A stretch of 64,000 nucleotides of DNA from positions 35,712,001 through 35,776,000 of the forward strand of contig OX597829.1 in assembly GCA_951406725.2 (NCBI GenBank), written 5' to 3'. Source of the stretch: Octopus vulgaris. Lineage: Eukaryota. Made by a program: the position numbers and the translations under genes. Shown piece after piece: positions 14,002 through 28,160 of this stretch (its first letter is position 1; every line of letters starts with the position of its first letter). The notes below the pieces were generated by a model, which saw only the letters and a program-made list of their open reading frames with translations, did no database searches and was not told the DNA's origin.

Positions 14002-14044
14002 AGTACTGACGGGGAGAAATATACTGAAACCAAACTGGTATACT
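14002..14044 (+). ncRNA. Type-I hammerhead motif inside a short inverted repeat (13938-13962 / 14047-14072)
   Basis: AGUA-CUGACGG-...-GAAAC-CAAACUG-GUA-UACU: stem I AGUA/UACU, stem III ACCA/UGGU; A9>G. Confidence 0.6.
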
Positions 14045-14071
14045 ATTCTTCTTACCGCTAGATGGTAGAGG

Positions 14072-14111
<40 letters not shown>

Positions 14112-14114
<3 letters not shown>

Positions 14115-14873
14115 GGTGTGGTGTCGTTTAAATAACGCAAAAATGAAAATAAAGAGTAAATTTATTTAATGCAGTCATCATTGGCTCAGCTATAGCCTCC
14201 AGACGACTTCGGAATTTCATGGAACCCTTATGGACAGTCTCCTTGTTTAAATTGGTGAATCCTTGCCTTCATGATCTCGTTTGATGTTGGTCTCTTACTC
14301 AACTGCGCCCCACACATAATCAAGGGAGTTGTAGTCTAGAGTGTTAGGTGGCCAGATGTTAGGGGTGGTGTGGTCGTAGAAATTGTCTGACAGCCTTTAC
14401 TAGCTTCTCCTGCTTGTGTGGCACGATGCAGAGTCCTGTTGCCAGACATAGGGTCGTCCAGCAGTCACTCTCTTGACCCAGGGCAGCACTACCTCCTCCA
14501 TGCACTTGATGAAGGCATCCGTGTAGAGTCTGAGGCCGATTGGGAAAATGAATGGAGGCATAACATCGACATCACTAGTGATTACTCCAGACATCATGAT
14601 GTTGACTGGGTGTTTAATTTTTATCACTCTCGGCAAGTCAACGGTTGTTCTGCGTGTTCACCATCTGTTCGTATTGCAGCTTCCAGCGCGAATGCCAAGC
14701 AGTACAGTATGTCGATTACAAATTTCTGGCAGAGTGAATTGTATCATGGTGGTGTTTTTTTTACAGACAGTGCCCAACTGACCCTACTATACTCAGTAGT
14801 GGACAAAATCAAAAACAAACATAGGCAAAATTAAAAATATAGAATGGCGACAATTTACCCATCGCCTCCTGTA
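14112..14873 (-). mobile_element. Tc1/mariner maT (DD37D) internally deleted element
   Basis: YVWQQDSASCHT...WPPNTLDYNSLDYVWG with 37 residues counted between the two catalytic Ds; degenerate TIRs with TA ends. Confidence 0.85.
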
Positions 14874-15140
14874 TTTATATATAGATATAGAAACACACAC
14901 GCGCGCGCGCATTTTTTCTCTTTAGATTCAGTCCGAGGACTGCGGCTATGCTGGGGTACGTCCCCGTAACTTACCAGTTCTGCAAAAGAAGCTGATTGAA
15001 TATGTACCAGGATTAACAAATATTAACAAATATTAACGGGGTCGATTCATTCGATTGAACATTCTTCAAGGTGTTCCAGCAAGGCCGCAGCTTAATGACT
15101 GAAACAAATAGAGGATATAAGATAATAGATATGTATATGT

Positions 15141-15264
<124 letters not shown>

Positions 15265-15758
15265 GCTTGAATATATGTATGTAACAGCGTATGTTAACTT
15301 CTCAAAGCTTATCTTCATTCGGCCAATCGTAACAAGAACGATCTTCAAGAAATTATGAATTAGTTGGGGCTATGATTGTTTCTATTAAAGTTATAAACGG
15401 AAAGAATGATCCTCGAATAGAAACGTATAAAGTGAATATGTGCATGATTTCCTTGCGATAAACTTGAACGTTTATTATAACCGAGAAACCTTTTCTCTGT
15501 TGCCGAAGCAATGTAAGTACCCCTTGGGTTCTGCCGAGAAAGATTTTAAAATCGGAAATTTGAATTACTGATAAACAATTTAAGTGATAACTAAACCTAA
15601 ATAAATGTCATATAGTACTTATCGAAAGATCATTCGCTCAGTAAGAGTACAATCAATTAGAAATTATTTAGTGCTATGACCAATATCTATATGGAATTAG
15701 CTAAGGAAAATAATGGCTTTCAAATATATCTTTATGAAGAATTTATGTGTATATTTAC

Positions 15759-15882
15759 CTTCTGATAAACCTTCCAGGGCATCATGATGTTGCTGCGACA
15801 CATCGTTTTTCTTCATCTGGTGGTGAGAGAAACAGGTTCCAGTGCAGTCTTCTTGTAAATAACAGACGGCCACGCAGTTTGA
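15759..15882 (-). other. Candidate 124-nt exon of an unidentified host gene
   Basis: Minus strand: tttctttctttttttttttgttctag| ... cagaag|gtaaat; unique sequence; frame 0 open (SNCVAVCYLQ...MKKNDVSQQHHDALEGLSE) and alternative start MMPWKVYQK. Confidence 0.6.
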
Positions 15883-16024
15883 CTAGAACAAAAAAAAAAA
15901 GAAAGAAACCTCACCGAAATGTACATGAGGAACGAAGTAAATGTGTTATATGGCACAATAAAATTTCTTATATATGTACATAAGCATTTGCACACACACA
16001 CACACACGTACGTACGTACGCACA

Positions 16025-16063
<39 letters not shown>

Positions 16064-16620
16064 GCACAAGCACTTATATTCACAGATAGGTGTGTATTAG
16101 TGCGTATATGTGTGAATTTGTCTTTCAGTTTCCCTTTTCACTCATATATGTCTACGAACCTGCGAGTACGCAAGTGTGAGTGAAAGTGTTTCCACATGAA
16201 TATTACTGTTGACATATGTATATGTTTTGTATGATATTCTATGAAAAAGTCTCACCAAATTGCACCATGTGATATTAGGCAAGTGTCAGTAGCAAGACAG
16301 TTGCCATCGGGACACTGTGCAACTATTGACAACCAGTTATTATCGCTTTTTTCTTTTTTTTCTCCCCTTCTTTTGGAGATCAAACAGCCTAGAACCCCTT
16401 AGGGAATCATGCACTCAGTCGTGAGGTGGGAAAATGAAAATAAGGATAATAAATACATAAATAAAATAAGAAAGCATGTGGCTGTGTATGCATTTGTGTA
16501 TGCATGTGCATGAAGAGTCAGGAATAAGATGTGCCTGTGTGAGAGTGTACGTATACGTATATGAGATGGAGAAAGCAAGTAAGTCAGTGTGCGAATGAGA
16601 GCGAGAATAAAAGAGAAAGA

Positions 16621-16654
<34 letters not shown>

Positions 16655-17493
16655 AATAAGGAAATGGGAGAGAGGGTGGGAAAGCGAATGTGAAAGAGAC
16701 AGAAAGGTGTCATGGGTGGAAGAAAATAGCGGTTTAATATGTCAAGTTTTAAAGGAAAACGAGGTTCGTTGACGTGATATCACAGCAAATTCGATACACC
16801 AGATGGCAGTTTAAATGCACACGACTACTGGGTTAACTTGAAGACATCAGTGGTATAGAAAACCTGGAGCTGTTTTTACTTCCTTATTTACTTAAAACTC
16901 CCATAATGACTAAGAAACTTAACATATTTCTGTTAGTGTTATTTGCAAAATTGCTAAGTAGTCGAGGTAGAAAAACTCGGAGAAACACGACATGGAATGC
17001 TTAACAAGAAGAGTTGCAACATTTATGGCTATTACAAAGTCAGTCTCTCTCTGAGTTTAGGGTCTAAGAGAAGCAACAGCAGCAGCAGCAACAACAACAA
17101 CAACAACAACAGAATTAACAAAAAATAATTGATTTAATAACGTCGATAATATTTAAAATAAAATCGCAGTGAGAGTATACGCTATCGACAAACTAAACGA
17201 TGATACAAATGCAATACTCATCTCACACAGTATATGTTAACCAGTTCTCTTCCTAATCTCACTCTCTATTAATTAACAAAAGTTTTCCTCTTTTGTTTAT
17301 GTACCAAAGAATCAAAGGGGATAAAAAGTAAAGTAAACCTCAGCAGGATTTCAAAATTGAATGTTGAAAAAAGAAATTAAAGTCGTAATGTATTTACTTT
17401 CCTTTGAATTTACTGGATATTTGCGAGTACAAACAGATCACCCCGCACACGCACATACATATCCATACATACATAGATACATAGATACATACA

Positions 17494-17526
<33 letters not shown>

Positions 17527-17606
17527 TATCCGTTTGTATATGTATGTACGCATATATAAATATGTATGTATGTATGTATGTATGTATCTATGCATGTATG
17601 GATATG

Positions 17607-17654
<48 letters not shown>

Positions 17655-17655
<1 letters not shown>

Positions 17656-18015
17656 GGTGTAGGAGTGGGTGTGTAGTGAGTAACTTGCTTACCAACCACA
17701 CGGTTCAGTCCCACTGCGTGGCACCTTGGGCAAGTGTCTTCTACTATAGCCTCGGGCCGACCAAAGCCTTGTAAGTGGATTTGGTGTATGCATGTGTGTG
17801 TCTGTGTGTTTGTCCCCCACCCCAACATCGTTTGACAACCGATGCTGGTGTGTTTATGTCCTCGTAACTTAGTAGTTCGGCAAAACAGACCGATACAATA
17901 AGTACTAGGCTTACAAAGAATAAGTCCTGGGGTCGATATGCTCGACTAAAGGTGGTGCTCCTGCATGGCTGCGGTCAAATGACTGAAGCATATAAAAGAA
18001 TAAAAGAATAGAAGA

Positions 18016-18016
<1 letters not shown>
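17655..18016 (+). mobile_element. SINE family A
   Basis: Reverse complement of the 7.5 kb copy with internal deletions. Confidence 0.85.
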
Positions 18017-18051
<35 letters not shown>

Positions 18052-18089
18052 ATGTATACATAGATATATCTATATGCATATATACACGA

Positions 18090-18585
18090 CAGAAAATGAT
18101 ATAAAAATTGAAGCATCCCAGAGATCCATCACACGAAAAAAAAAAAACAAATAGATGAAATGACAGAACCTTATTATTGGGATCGTCTCGAGAAACTCAT
18201 ACTTTATTCTCTCCAACGCCGCTGAGAGTGTTATGTGGAAAATATTCCAACAATATTACTGAAATGATGATGGCATTCACTCAAGGCTTGGTCCCTGTGT
18301 CATTCTTCCTCTACAAAAATCAGCCTTGCTCTCTTTAACATCATGCCAAGGCACATAAGAGCAGAAAAAAATCTCGTAACATTCAAACGGCTCCTGGACG
18401 AATATCCACAACAAACTGCGGATAAGCCACATAGACCCGGTTATATCGCTACAAAGGATAGCTCTTTACTTGAACAGGTTATGTTGCCCATAGAATGACT
18501 GTAATATGAAACACCATTAAATATCTTTTTCAAATGGCGGTCGTAAGTCATGTCCTGATCGAATTCTGGCCGAAAACTAAGTATA
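18090..18585 (+). mobile_element. CR1-clade LINE 3' fragment
   Basis: IEASQRSITRK...YYWDRLEKLILYSLQRR*E...LFNIMPRHIR...FKRLLDEY by manual translation. Confidence 0.75.
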
Positions 18586-18614
18586 TCGAAGTATGTATGA
18601 GTGTGTCTATCTAA

Positions 18615-18705
<91 letters not shown>

Positions 18706-18712
18706 CCCCCCC

Positions 18713-18754
<42 letters not shown>

Positions 18755-18759
18755 GCATG

Positions 18760-19554
18760 CACGAGGAGTAACCAAGAGTAATTGGAAACGTTCCTCTGAG
18801 TGACAAACCCATTGTAGTTAAGGCTTCCGCTGCCAGAAACCACTTGATACGACCTTCAGGCATCAGTCCGCTCTGCTCGTCGTCGGGTAGAATCGTACTG
18901 CTATGCGGTGGGTTTCTTTACAGTGCTTCTTTCTCTTCGTTGATTTTTGCGATGGCTGAAACGAAGGAACAACATGCTTCCATGAAATTCTTTCTACTGG
19001 AGAAAACGGTAGTCGAAGTAGTTGTCATGCTTCAAACAGCTTACAAGAGCACTGCCATGAGCAAAACACGAATTTACGAGTGGCTTTAGGAACAGTCACT
19101 TGTCGCTTGAAGGTCAACCTCGTTCAGGACGGCCGTCGATCTCCTGAACGAGTGAATACATCGTGAAAATTCCTGAACTGATTTCGGAAGACCGTCACCG
19201 AACAATTGACAAACGTGTTGATATAAACTAACTAGTGTATCCTGTAATTCCCTGCCAACGGAAGATCAACAGCATACACGATTGAAAGCGTGTCGTGAAC
19301 TGAAAGAAGAGTTGGAAAGCTGGTGCTACAACATTTGGAAATGTGGAAGAGATGAAGAAAAAAAAAAACGACGGAGGCGTTAAAAGGCATCACTTCGCAA
19401 GAGTTCCAGCACTGATTCGAATAATGGAAAACGCACCTGGACTGATGTATTACTTCAAATGGAGAATACTTTGAAGGCGATAAAAGTGCAAACATTTAAA
19501 AGTGGATAAAATATCAATGCAAACTTTCGGATTCTTTTGGTTACCCGCCTCATA
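18760..19554 (+). mobile_element. Mariner-family internally deleted element
   Basis: MAETKEQHASMKF...AMSKTRIYEW, PRSGRPS and C-terminal GEYFEGDK; degenerate TIRs (cgagg..gtaaccaa). Confidence 0.8.
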
Positions 19555-19564
19555 TACAAATACT

Positions 19565-19675
19565 TGGTGTGACGAATAAATTGTCGCCATTTTAGATTTT
19601 TAATTTCGCGTATGCCCATTATTTGTTTTGGGTTTTGTCCACTAAACAGTATAGTAGGGTCAGTAGGACGATTTC
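19565..19675 (+). mobile_element. 5' terminal fragment of the maT family
   Basis: Reverse complement of 14770-14865 and 62355-62460. Confidence 0.65.
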
Positions 19676-19689
19676 ACCTCGTGAGCAAA

Positions 19690-19958
19690 TATTATTTGCT
19701 TGCTAAACTAAAATCAGAAGCCAATTGGTCCAGGAAACTTGATGGTAAAATGTTTTTATTTTTTCATTTCGTTCCTGTCGCAATTTATCCCTAATTTTTG
19801 TGGTTATAGAACCTAGCTGTTCTTTCTAGCGTGTTGAATTCCATGAGTAGATTCCAAATGTGTTTAAATGTACACTAATTCATAGTTTTTAGGACTAAAC
19901 TTTTACACTTTAGGCCACTGGAAGCGAAAATTTAATTAATTTTCCATTTCCGTTTGAT
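19690..19958 (+). mobile_element. Hammerhead-bearing repeat, same family as 44.2-45.1 kb (3' half of the ribozyme only)
   Basis: gaagcCAATTGgtccagg...tagctgttctttctagcgt...aatgtgtttaaatgtacact aligns to 44810-45050. Confidence 0.7.
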
Positions 19959-19969
19959 ATATGTTTATA

Positions 19970-20118
<149 letters not shown>

Positions 20119-20705
20119 CAAGGGTTGATCAGACAGAACACAAGGAGAAAAAGTTAGACGAAAGCGGAGCAAACGGGAAACTACACGAAAACTTAACAGA
20201 CGGGAAACATAGAAAAAGACTCGATACATGGAATATTCGCAGCTGAGTTTTCCTCGTCTGTCAACGAGCCAAAATATCATAGTTGCTTCGCGCCATTATC
20301 ATTGAAACCAGTCAATCTTGGAGACGCCAGTGCTGTTATTAAGCTACTGGGAAAAGGCTAGCAAACGTGTACTGAGATAGAAACAAACAAAACATTATAT
20401 AAAGACAACAGTCGAAGAATTATGCATATATAACACCACGAAGCCTTACGGCTATATAGAACAGAAGAAAAAAGAATAATAATTATACAGATACCAGAAA
20501 CACGACAGAAAGAGCTTTGCAGCTATCGAACGAATTTAAGTGGGGTTGCGCAAGGTGAAATGGAGTAAGTCCTAATGAACGTAACAGGAGCCCATCTACA
20601 CCCTCCCCACACAAACGCACGCGCACACATACACATACACACACACATTTCCTGCTATGGACCGCCGTCTCATTCAAAGAGATTGTTGTGATGCAGGTGA
20701 CTTAC

Positions 20706-20729
20706 ACCTTGGAAACCGAGTAACTGGTC
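20706..20729 (-). other. Candidate 24-nt microexon
   Basis: Minus strand: tttttctttcctttttccttttctgacttatag|GACCAGTTACTCGGTTTCCAAGGT|gtaagt; no stop in any frame. Confidence 0.55.
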
Positions 20730-20781
20730 CTATAAGTCAGAAAAGGAAAAAGGAAAGAAAAATGACTAAATTTATTACTCT

Positions 20782-21060
20782 ACAGGCGCAGGCATGGAAG
20801 GTTAAGAAGCTCGTTTTGTAACCATGTAGCTCCGAGTTCACTTTGAGCAGCTGTCTTCAATTATAGCCCCGGGCCGACCAATGCCTTATGAGCGAATTTC
20901 GTAGCAAGAACTGTGTGGAAGGCCTTTGTGTATGTATTTATAAACAGATATGTGTGCGTTTCTCTGTGTTTGTCTCCCATCACTCCTTCACAACCGGTGC
21001 TGGTTTGTTTGCGATTAATTCGATTAAATCCTTCAATCACTGAAAGAAGTAAAGATAAGT
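20782..21060 (+). mobile_element. SINE family A, degenerate
   Basis: aggcgcaggc head; tatagccccgggccgaccaatgcc core. Confidence 0.7.
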
Positions 21061-21875
21061 ATAAACGACGCATGTACATATACATACACAGGCACATATA
21101 TTTACATATATATTTGCACGTGTACGTGAGAAATATGTGCATGTGTGTGTGTGTGTGTGAGTGTGAGTGTGTGTGTGTGTGTGTGCCCAAGGACTCGCAT
21201 TTATATGTATAGTGCCGATTTAGTGTTAAAAAGAATTCTTAAAAATTATCCACGTCTAAAACCATGTCCCTGCTTTACGTCAATGGAAAGAAATATAAGA
21301 AAGAAATAAAGAAAAAGAAACTTATAAGAATAACAAAAGCGACAATGGATATCATTTTCATCATAAATGGCAGCTAATGTTTCTACTGTTCCATCACATG
21401 ACTGCTAGTTGTTAGTTGAAGTGCTGCTAAACCGTGTCACAAAACACCCTCCAAGTTAATCTTCTCGGCCGTAGGTCACAATTGTAAATCTTTTGTTAAC
21501 ACTCTATGTCCGGCACTTGAGAAAGCTATATGTTCCTTCTGTCAGCTGAATGTAATTGAAATAGGACACCGTTGGGATCAAAATGGATAGAATAACAAAT
21601 ATACAAATAATAACATTTGTGATAATTGTTTTCGTCTCATAGCCAAAGAAGTATTAAGAAAACAAACGTGACAATGGATTTTTTTTTTATTGTATACATA
21701 ATCCTTTGTTTTAAAATAATGTAACTTGGTTGAGACTAAGCTAGTTAAACAGTAAGCAAAAACAAACAAACAAGCAAAAAGCACCACTTCTATAGTGCCC
21801 TCGATCTTAAACTCGCATACATTCATTCACGTGATGCTCAGACATACATAAATATAAGTATATTATTATTATTAC

Positions 21876-21912
<37 letters not shown>

Positions 21913-22454
21913 TGTATAAGTTATAAAGTGATTCAAAGACCGACAGTTTCCATATCATGGCTATTTGATTATTGCGTCATTTTGTAACTCTCATCGATTA
22001 ATATATATGTATACCTATATTTGCGTAAATGCACACACACACATTCACACACATAGTCACACACACGCACACACACACATTCACACACATACATACACAC
22101 GCACGCACACACACATACACAGACACACACACGCACACTCAAATGCACACACACACACACAATAAGAACACAACTGGAATTCAAAATTCACAACAGCTCT
22201 TTCAGCAACATTCTATCGATGCATTCATAGATTATATAGATTACATCAGGGCAAAAAGTCCTCCATCAACAGGTAAATTATAGATAAACACTCAGGTAGG
22301 GTAGAATTATGAGATGACTCGCTCACCAACTACATAGTAGAACAAGTTCTGCCGAAGTAGTTGTTTGGAATTTTGAACCCTACCGGCAATATTTTATAAA
22401 TACCCTACCGTTGGATCTACAGCTTATATGGGACTGGGTACATATATATGCCTA

Positions 22455-22590
<136 letters not shown>

Positions 22591-22880
22591 AAATACATGT
22601 ATTCATGCATAAAAGACACAGACACATATACATACATACATAAATGGTATTAATGGAAAATTTTAATATACTGGAGCGGTGTTATAAAATAATTGCTTTT
22701 AAAAGTTGAAGTGTATAAATGTAATTGCAGGTATTCATGTTAATAATTAGTTTGTGACAGAAATCAGTTGAATTTTGTAAGAATAAAATTTTGGGCAGGC
22801 CAAAGAATTATGAATACAAGTGTGATTGTTAAAAAAAATTAAGCGTATATCATCGCTGTATTCAAGATTCTTTATCGGTA

Positions 22881-23299
22881 TACTCTTTACTCTTTTACTC
22901 TTTTACTTGTTTCAGTCATTTGACTGCGGCCATGCTGGAGCACCGCCTTTAATCGAGCAACTCGACCACGGGACTTATTCTTTTTGTAAGCCCAGTACTT
23001 ATTCTATCGGTCTCTTTTGCCGAACCGCTAAGTTACGGGGACATAAACACACCAGCATCGGTTGTCAAGCAATGCTAGGGGGACAAACACAGACACACAA
23101 ACAAACACATATACATATATATATATATACATATATACGACAGGCTTCTTTCAGTTTCCGTCTACCAAATCCACTCACAAGGCATTGGTCGGCCCGGGGC
23201 TATAGCAGAAGACACTTGTCCAAGATGCCACGCAGTGGGACTGAACCCGGAACAATGTGGTTGGTTAGCAAGCTACTTACCACACAGCCACTCCTGCGC
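22881..23299 (-). mobile_element. SINE family A, full length
   Basis: Head, boxes, core and tail intact. Confidence 0.92.
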
Positions 23300-24557
23300 T
23301 AATCACTACAATAGAATCGACTTCAATGTTATGAATTTGATAGTTCTCATACTTCAGTATTTTTATTTGAAGATTTATGTGCTTAGTCAACATATCCAAT
23401 TAGAGAATAAGAAATTATAAAATTACTATTAAAGTTGTTGACATACATCAGCTGGACCTAAATAATTTATATACACAACGATGCACGCGCGTACGCACAT
23501 AACTTTAAAATATTTTCTCACTCGTGTTACCTAAAAAATGGATTTGATATTTTGGGAAAGTATATGTTTGGTTGAAATTGAAATGTAATATATACTTTTG
23601 AGTACTTATGAAATCTGTAACTGTATTAAAATTAATATCATTAATGATGTTTTTAAATATTGAACTGTTTAACAAAATGAGGTATGTGTATGTGTGTGAG
23701 TATGTGCGTGTGAGTGCATGTGTGTGGTATGCATGTTGTGTGTGTGTATGTGTGTGTTTGTGTGTGTATTTAAATCTATTAATCGGAAATTGTTCCTAAG
23801 GAATTAATTAGATGATATATATCGTAAGCTATCTCATAGAATTGGATAGAATCGATATCAATACTGTTATAAGTAACTGAAGAGGACATGTAAGATCAAT
23901 TCATCAATATAGATGATATCTAACTCACTGTATTGTATAGTTCTGTCTATCATTAGGTAACACTGTACTATTTCCTTCTGAGCCTGCGTTGAAGTACAAG
24001 CTGTTAATAAATCTTTACTGAAAATTTACTAAATGCCGATGTTGCTTGTGTTCTAAGCCCACCGCTTAATCTTACCTCTGAATAAAACAACAAAACCTAA
24101 TAGTTATGAAACAGGGCATCATGTCAAGAAAATTTTGGCTTTATATGATTTGCTTCTGTGAGTATTTTGCATTTTATACTGGTTTATTTTCAATGGAACA
24201 CAGGTTACACAAAGAGTATTGAGGTGAAGGTGGAGTAAATATTATCTAAATCGTCATAGATCATATATGTCATTTATTGTATGTATTTCCAAACTCGGTC
24301 TTGAATAAACGTCAAATTATATACCAAAGAGAGATCACGTCTGCTTGGCTGTAGAAATATTGTGATATTGACATATGTGCGTGATGTTACGTTTTCAGTG
24401 TTATTAGAACGGCATGTACATTTTTTTTTACTTCTTTATACATATGTTTGATATACAAGCCTACATACTCAAATAATTAATTTCTAAAAAAAAAACTTTA
24501 GTATAGGTTTTGCAATACAATTTAATAATTGCACTAAGTATAGGCGACACTCATACA

Positions 24558-24636
<79 letters not shown>

Positions 24637-25281
24637 ACACACACGCACACACAGACGCGCGCTCACACGTATTAAAATTAGTAATTGTATTTGTGTTGTT
24701 AGAATTATGATACACGTTTACCATTACATTTTCACGCTGATGGGGAGAGAATTGAAAATGGAGTCGCATAGCTCAGGCTTTCATTACATTCTAAACCATA
24801 ATGAGAATAACTATAATGAGAATAAAGTAATAAAATGAGAGAACATTCGTTTATTTTCATGATGCTACCGCTATTTAAATCAGAAATAAGTTCTGCCCCG
24901 TAGCATCTATTTATAGCTAGGGACAAAATGTATGTATACATACACTTAAGCAAATAGATATAAAGCAGGTATCTATTTGTAAATATTCATGCATTTACGT
25001 ATTTATACATATATATGTACATGTGTACACGTTCTCTCTTCTTCCTCTAACTGTTTCTAGGTGTATGTATGTACTTATGCATGCACTTGTGTTCAGTGTC
25101 TTTGCTATAAATAGAAAATTCAGGTTATAGAATACAACATTATTTATATTATTTACATTTGACAGATATTTGTACTCATCTTGTTTGTTAACAAGTAGCC
25201 CGTGCTCTTAACCATTACGCCATATGCCCGTGAGCATATGGCTACTAACCTCAAGCTTCCGAGTTCGATTTCAGTCAGTGA

Positions 25282-25285
<4 letters not shown>

Positions 25286-25377
<92 letters not shown>

Positions 25378-25412
25378 TGATGATGATAATAATAATAATG
25401 ATGATGATGATG

Positions 25413-25467
<55 letters not shown>

Positions 25468-25572
25468 TGATGATAATAATAATAATAATAATAATAATGA
25501 AATAATAATAATAATAATGATGATGATGATGATGATAATAATAACAATAATAATAATAATAATAATAACAGC

Positions 25573-25653
<81 letters not shown>
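25286..25653. repeat. (AAT)n/(GAT)n compound microsatellite
   Basis: Directly visible. Confidence 0.95.
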
Positions 25654-26783
25654 TATCAACGGAACATGAGTTTGCTAAATGATGTCTAACCGGGCCTACT
25701 CAACAAAAGCAACTTCACCTATAAAATCCGAAGCCTATTTGTAAAACGTTTAAAACGTTAGATTTGTCTGGCTGGATTTGTCCCTAAGGTTAATTGTTGC
25801 ACTGAGAAAAGACAGCGTTAATTTACATACTATTTTTCCTTCTCCCCCTTTCCCTCTGCAGTAAGTGACAACAGCAGCAACAAAAACACTCCAAACATAT
25901 TCTCATTAATACTGAAAATATTTTCATAGCATCTTCATAGATACTTCTCTCGGATATTGGTTTGTCAAACGAAGGTCAGAAATATTAAGGTCAAAATCAT
26001 TGGCCTTGTTTATTACATTTTCTGCTATTTATCAGCATCAAGGTAAATGAAATTAAATCATCTTCAAAACAAGAAATCTAATTTACACCAAAGTCCAATG
26101 CCTTGCTGTTTAGATTAAACTTAGATGGAAAACCACGTTTCTATACACACATACGCACGCGCACACACACGTACACGCACACATACACACAAACGCACGG
26201 ATATGTGTATTTGTATGAATGAATATATACATGTATGTGCGTGTATGTGTATGTGTAAATACACATATTTATATAATTATGTTGCGAGGGAGTTATTCGC
26301 TGGCCAAATTAACAACCAACACCTACAGCACTTTAAATGAACCAAAAAGACAGTTGTCTTCACCCCCCTGTCCCCGTCACAATAGCAATACAACCACCAC
26401 CCCATCCTCCTTTACCCCGCCTCCTCATCCTTCTACCTCTACGCATGCGACTACTGCTTCTTTTTCTAACTCCTTCTCCCTCCTACGGTGATGAGAAATG
26501 TTCAGTGAACCACAACTGAAGTAATTTTCCTAAAATAATTTCCGGGATTTACAATTAGATTTTCTTATGATTACATTTTCATTTACTGGATCTCCCCTCA
26601 TCAACCCCCCCCCACCTCAAAAAAGATCAATCCCAACAGCAGCAGCACCAGCAGCAGCACCAGCTGTAGCAGTAGCAGTAACAGCAGCATCGCCGCTATC
26701 ATCAGCATTATCGTCTCCGTTATTATAGTGACCATCATCATTCACGACATAACCAAGTGCCTATCACGCTTACGTTGTTGTTG

Positions 26784-26785
<2 letters not shown>

Positions 26786-26814
<29 letters not shown>

Positions 26815-26857
26815 GGATGATGATGATGATGACGATGATGATGATGATGATGATGAC

Positions 26858-26904
<47 letters not shown>

Positions 26905-26908
26905 CGAC

Positions 26909-26955
<47 letters not shown>

Positions 26956-27044
26956 CGATGATGATGATGATGACGATGATGACGAGATGATGATGATGAT
27001 GATGATGATGTCGGTGATGATGATGATGGTGATGATGACGACGA

Positions 27045-27076
<32 letters not shown>

Positions 27077-27085
27077 ATAATGACG
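26786..27085. repeat. (GAT)n/(GAC)n microsatellite
   Basis: Directly visible. Confidence 0.95.
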
Positions 27086-27706
27086 ACGGCGATATTAAAG
27101 GACGACATCTCATAAACAATATCATCAACTCTATAATTATACTAATTTCAGTAACCTTGCTGGTGACTGTAGTTGCAATAAATCCAACCCATCTCTCCCG
27201 AAAGCTGAACCCATACATAGCTAGAAACCTTTACCTATCACTGTCTCTACTTCAGCACCGCATTTCATTTAATACCGTTATGCTACGAGCACCATTTAAC
27301 ACTAGATTACATCACAACGTACAACACACAAATATACACATGCACATTTACATTTATACTCACAAAAAATATATATATACATCCATTCATACGAGGACCT
27401 CTTTTTCTCACTTCACCATTCTCCCTATCTCTGTCGCTCTCTCTCTCCCTCTCTTTCAGCTTTCATTCCTTCTACTTTAGCCTCTTCTCAACACGATTTA
27501 TTTGTACCAATATCATCTTTTTGATGATTGGGTTAAATCGTTAACTAATTTTTCTATTAATGGTGTCATTAAATTAAGCTTTCGCTTCTTGAATAATCTT
27601 CCTTGTCCGAAATAAATATCTTTCCTTACTCTCTTTCTCATTGATACATTTTCCTTTTCCCTGTCTATCCCCCTGACTCAATGTCTTTATCTCTTTTGCA
27701 TACATG

Positions 27707-27747
<41 letters not shown>

Positions 27748-28097
27748 TAATCTATCATATATTGACTTATCTTGCTCCCGATATCTTTCTCTGTATCAGT
27801 TTCTCTTTTAATTCTTTCTGTAGCTTTCTCTTTGTCTATTTTCGCTAGCGCGTTTTGTGATGTTGATTTCCTTAGATTTAAACGTAATCTTTCACTCTCT
27901 TACTCTATTTCACTCTTCAAAAGTATCTCTCCATCTCCGATTCTTTATATCTCACTCTCCTAGTTATGTCTATCAATCATACCTTTCATTTTCCTTTTCT
28001 CCTTCACATTTTGTCGCCTCTTTTCCAATCTCTCTACTTTTTCACACACACACACACACACACACTTTCTCTTTCTCCTCCTCTCTCTCGGTCTCTT

Positions 28098-28160
<63 letters not shown>

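Noticed and set aside
25833-25866. Polypyrimidine-CAG/GTAAGT as a plus-strand recursive splice site
   Set aside because: AG and GT share one G (CAGTAAGT), and the strand is opposite to the other exon candidates
25973-25993. AGGTCA direct repeat, 9-nt spacer
   Set aside because: Non-canonical spacing; could be chance without conservation data
26488-26519. C/D box snoRNA (GTGATGA...CTGA)
   Set aside because: Only about 32 nt and no terminal stem
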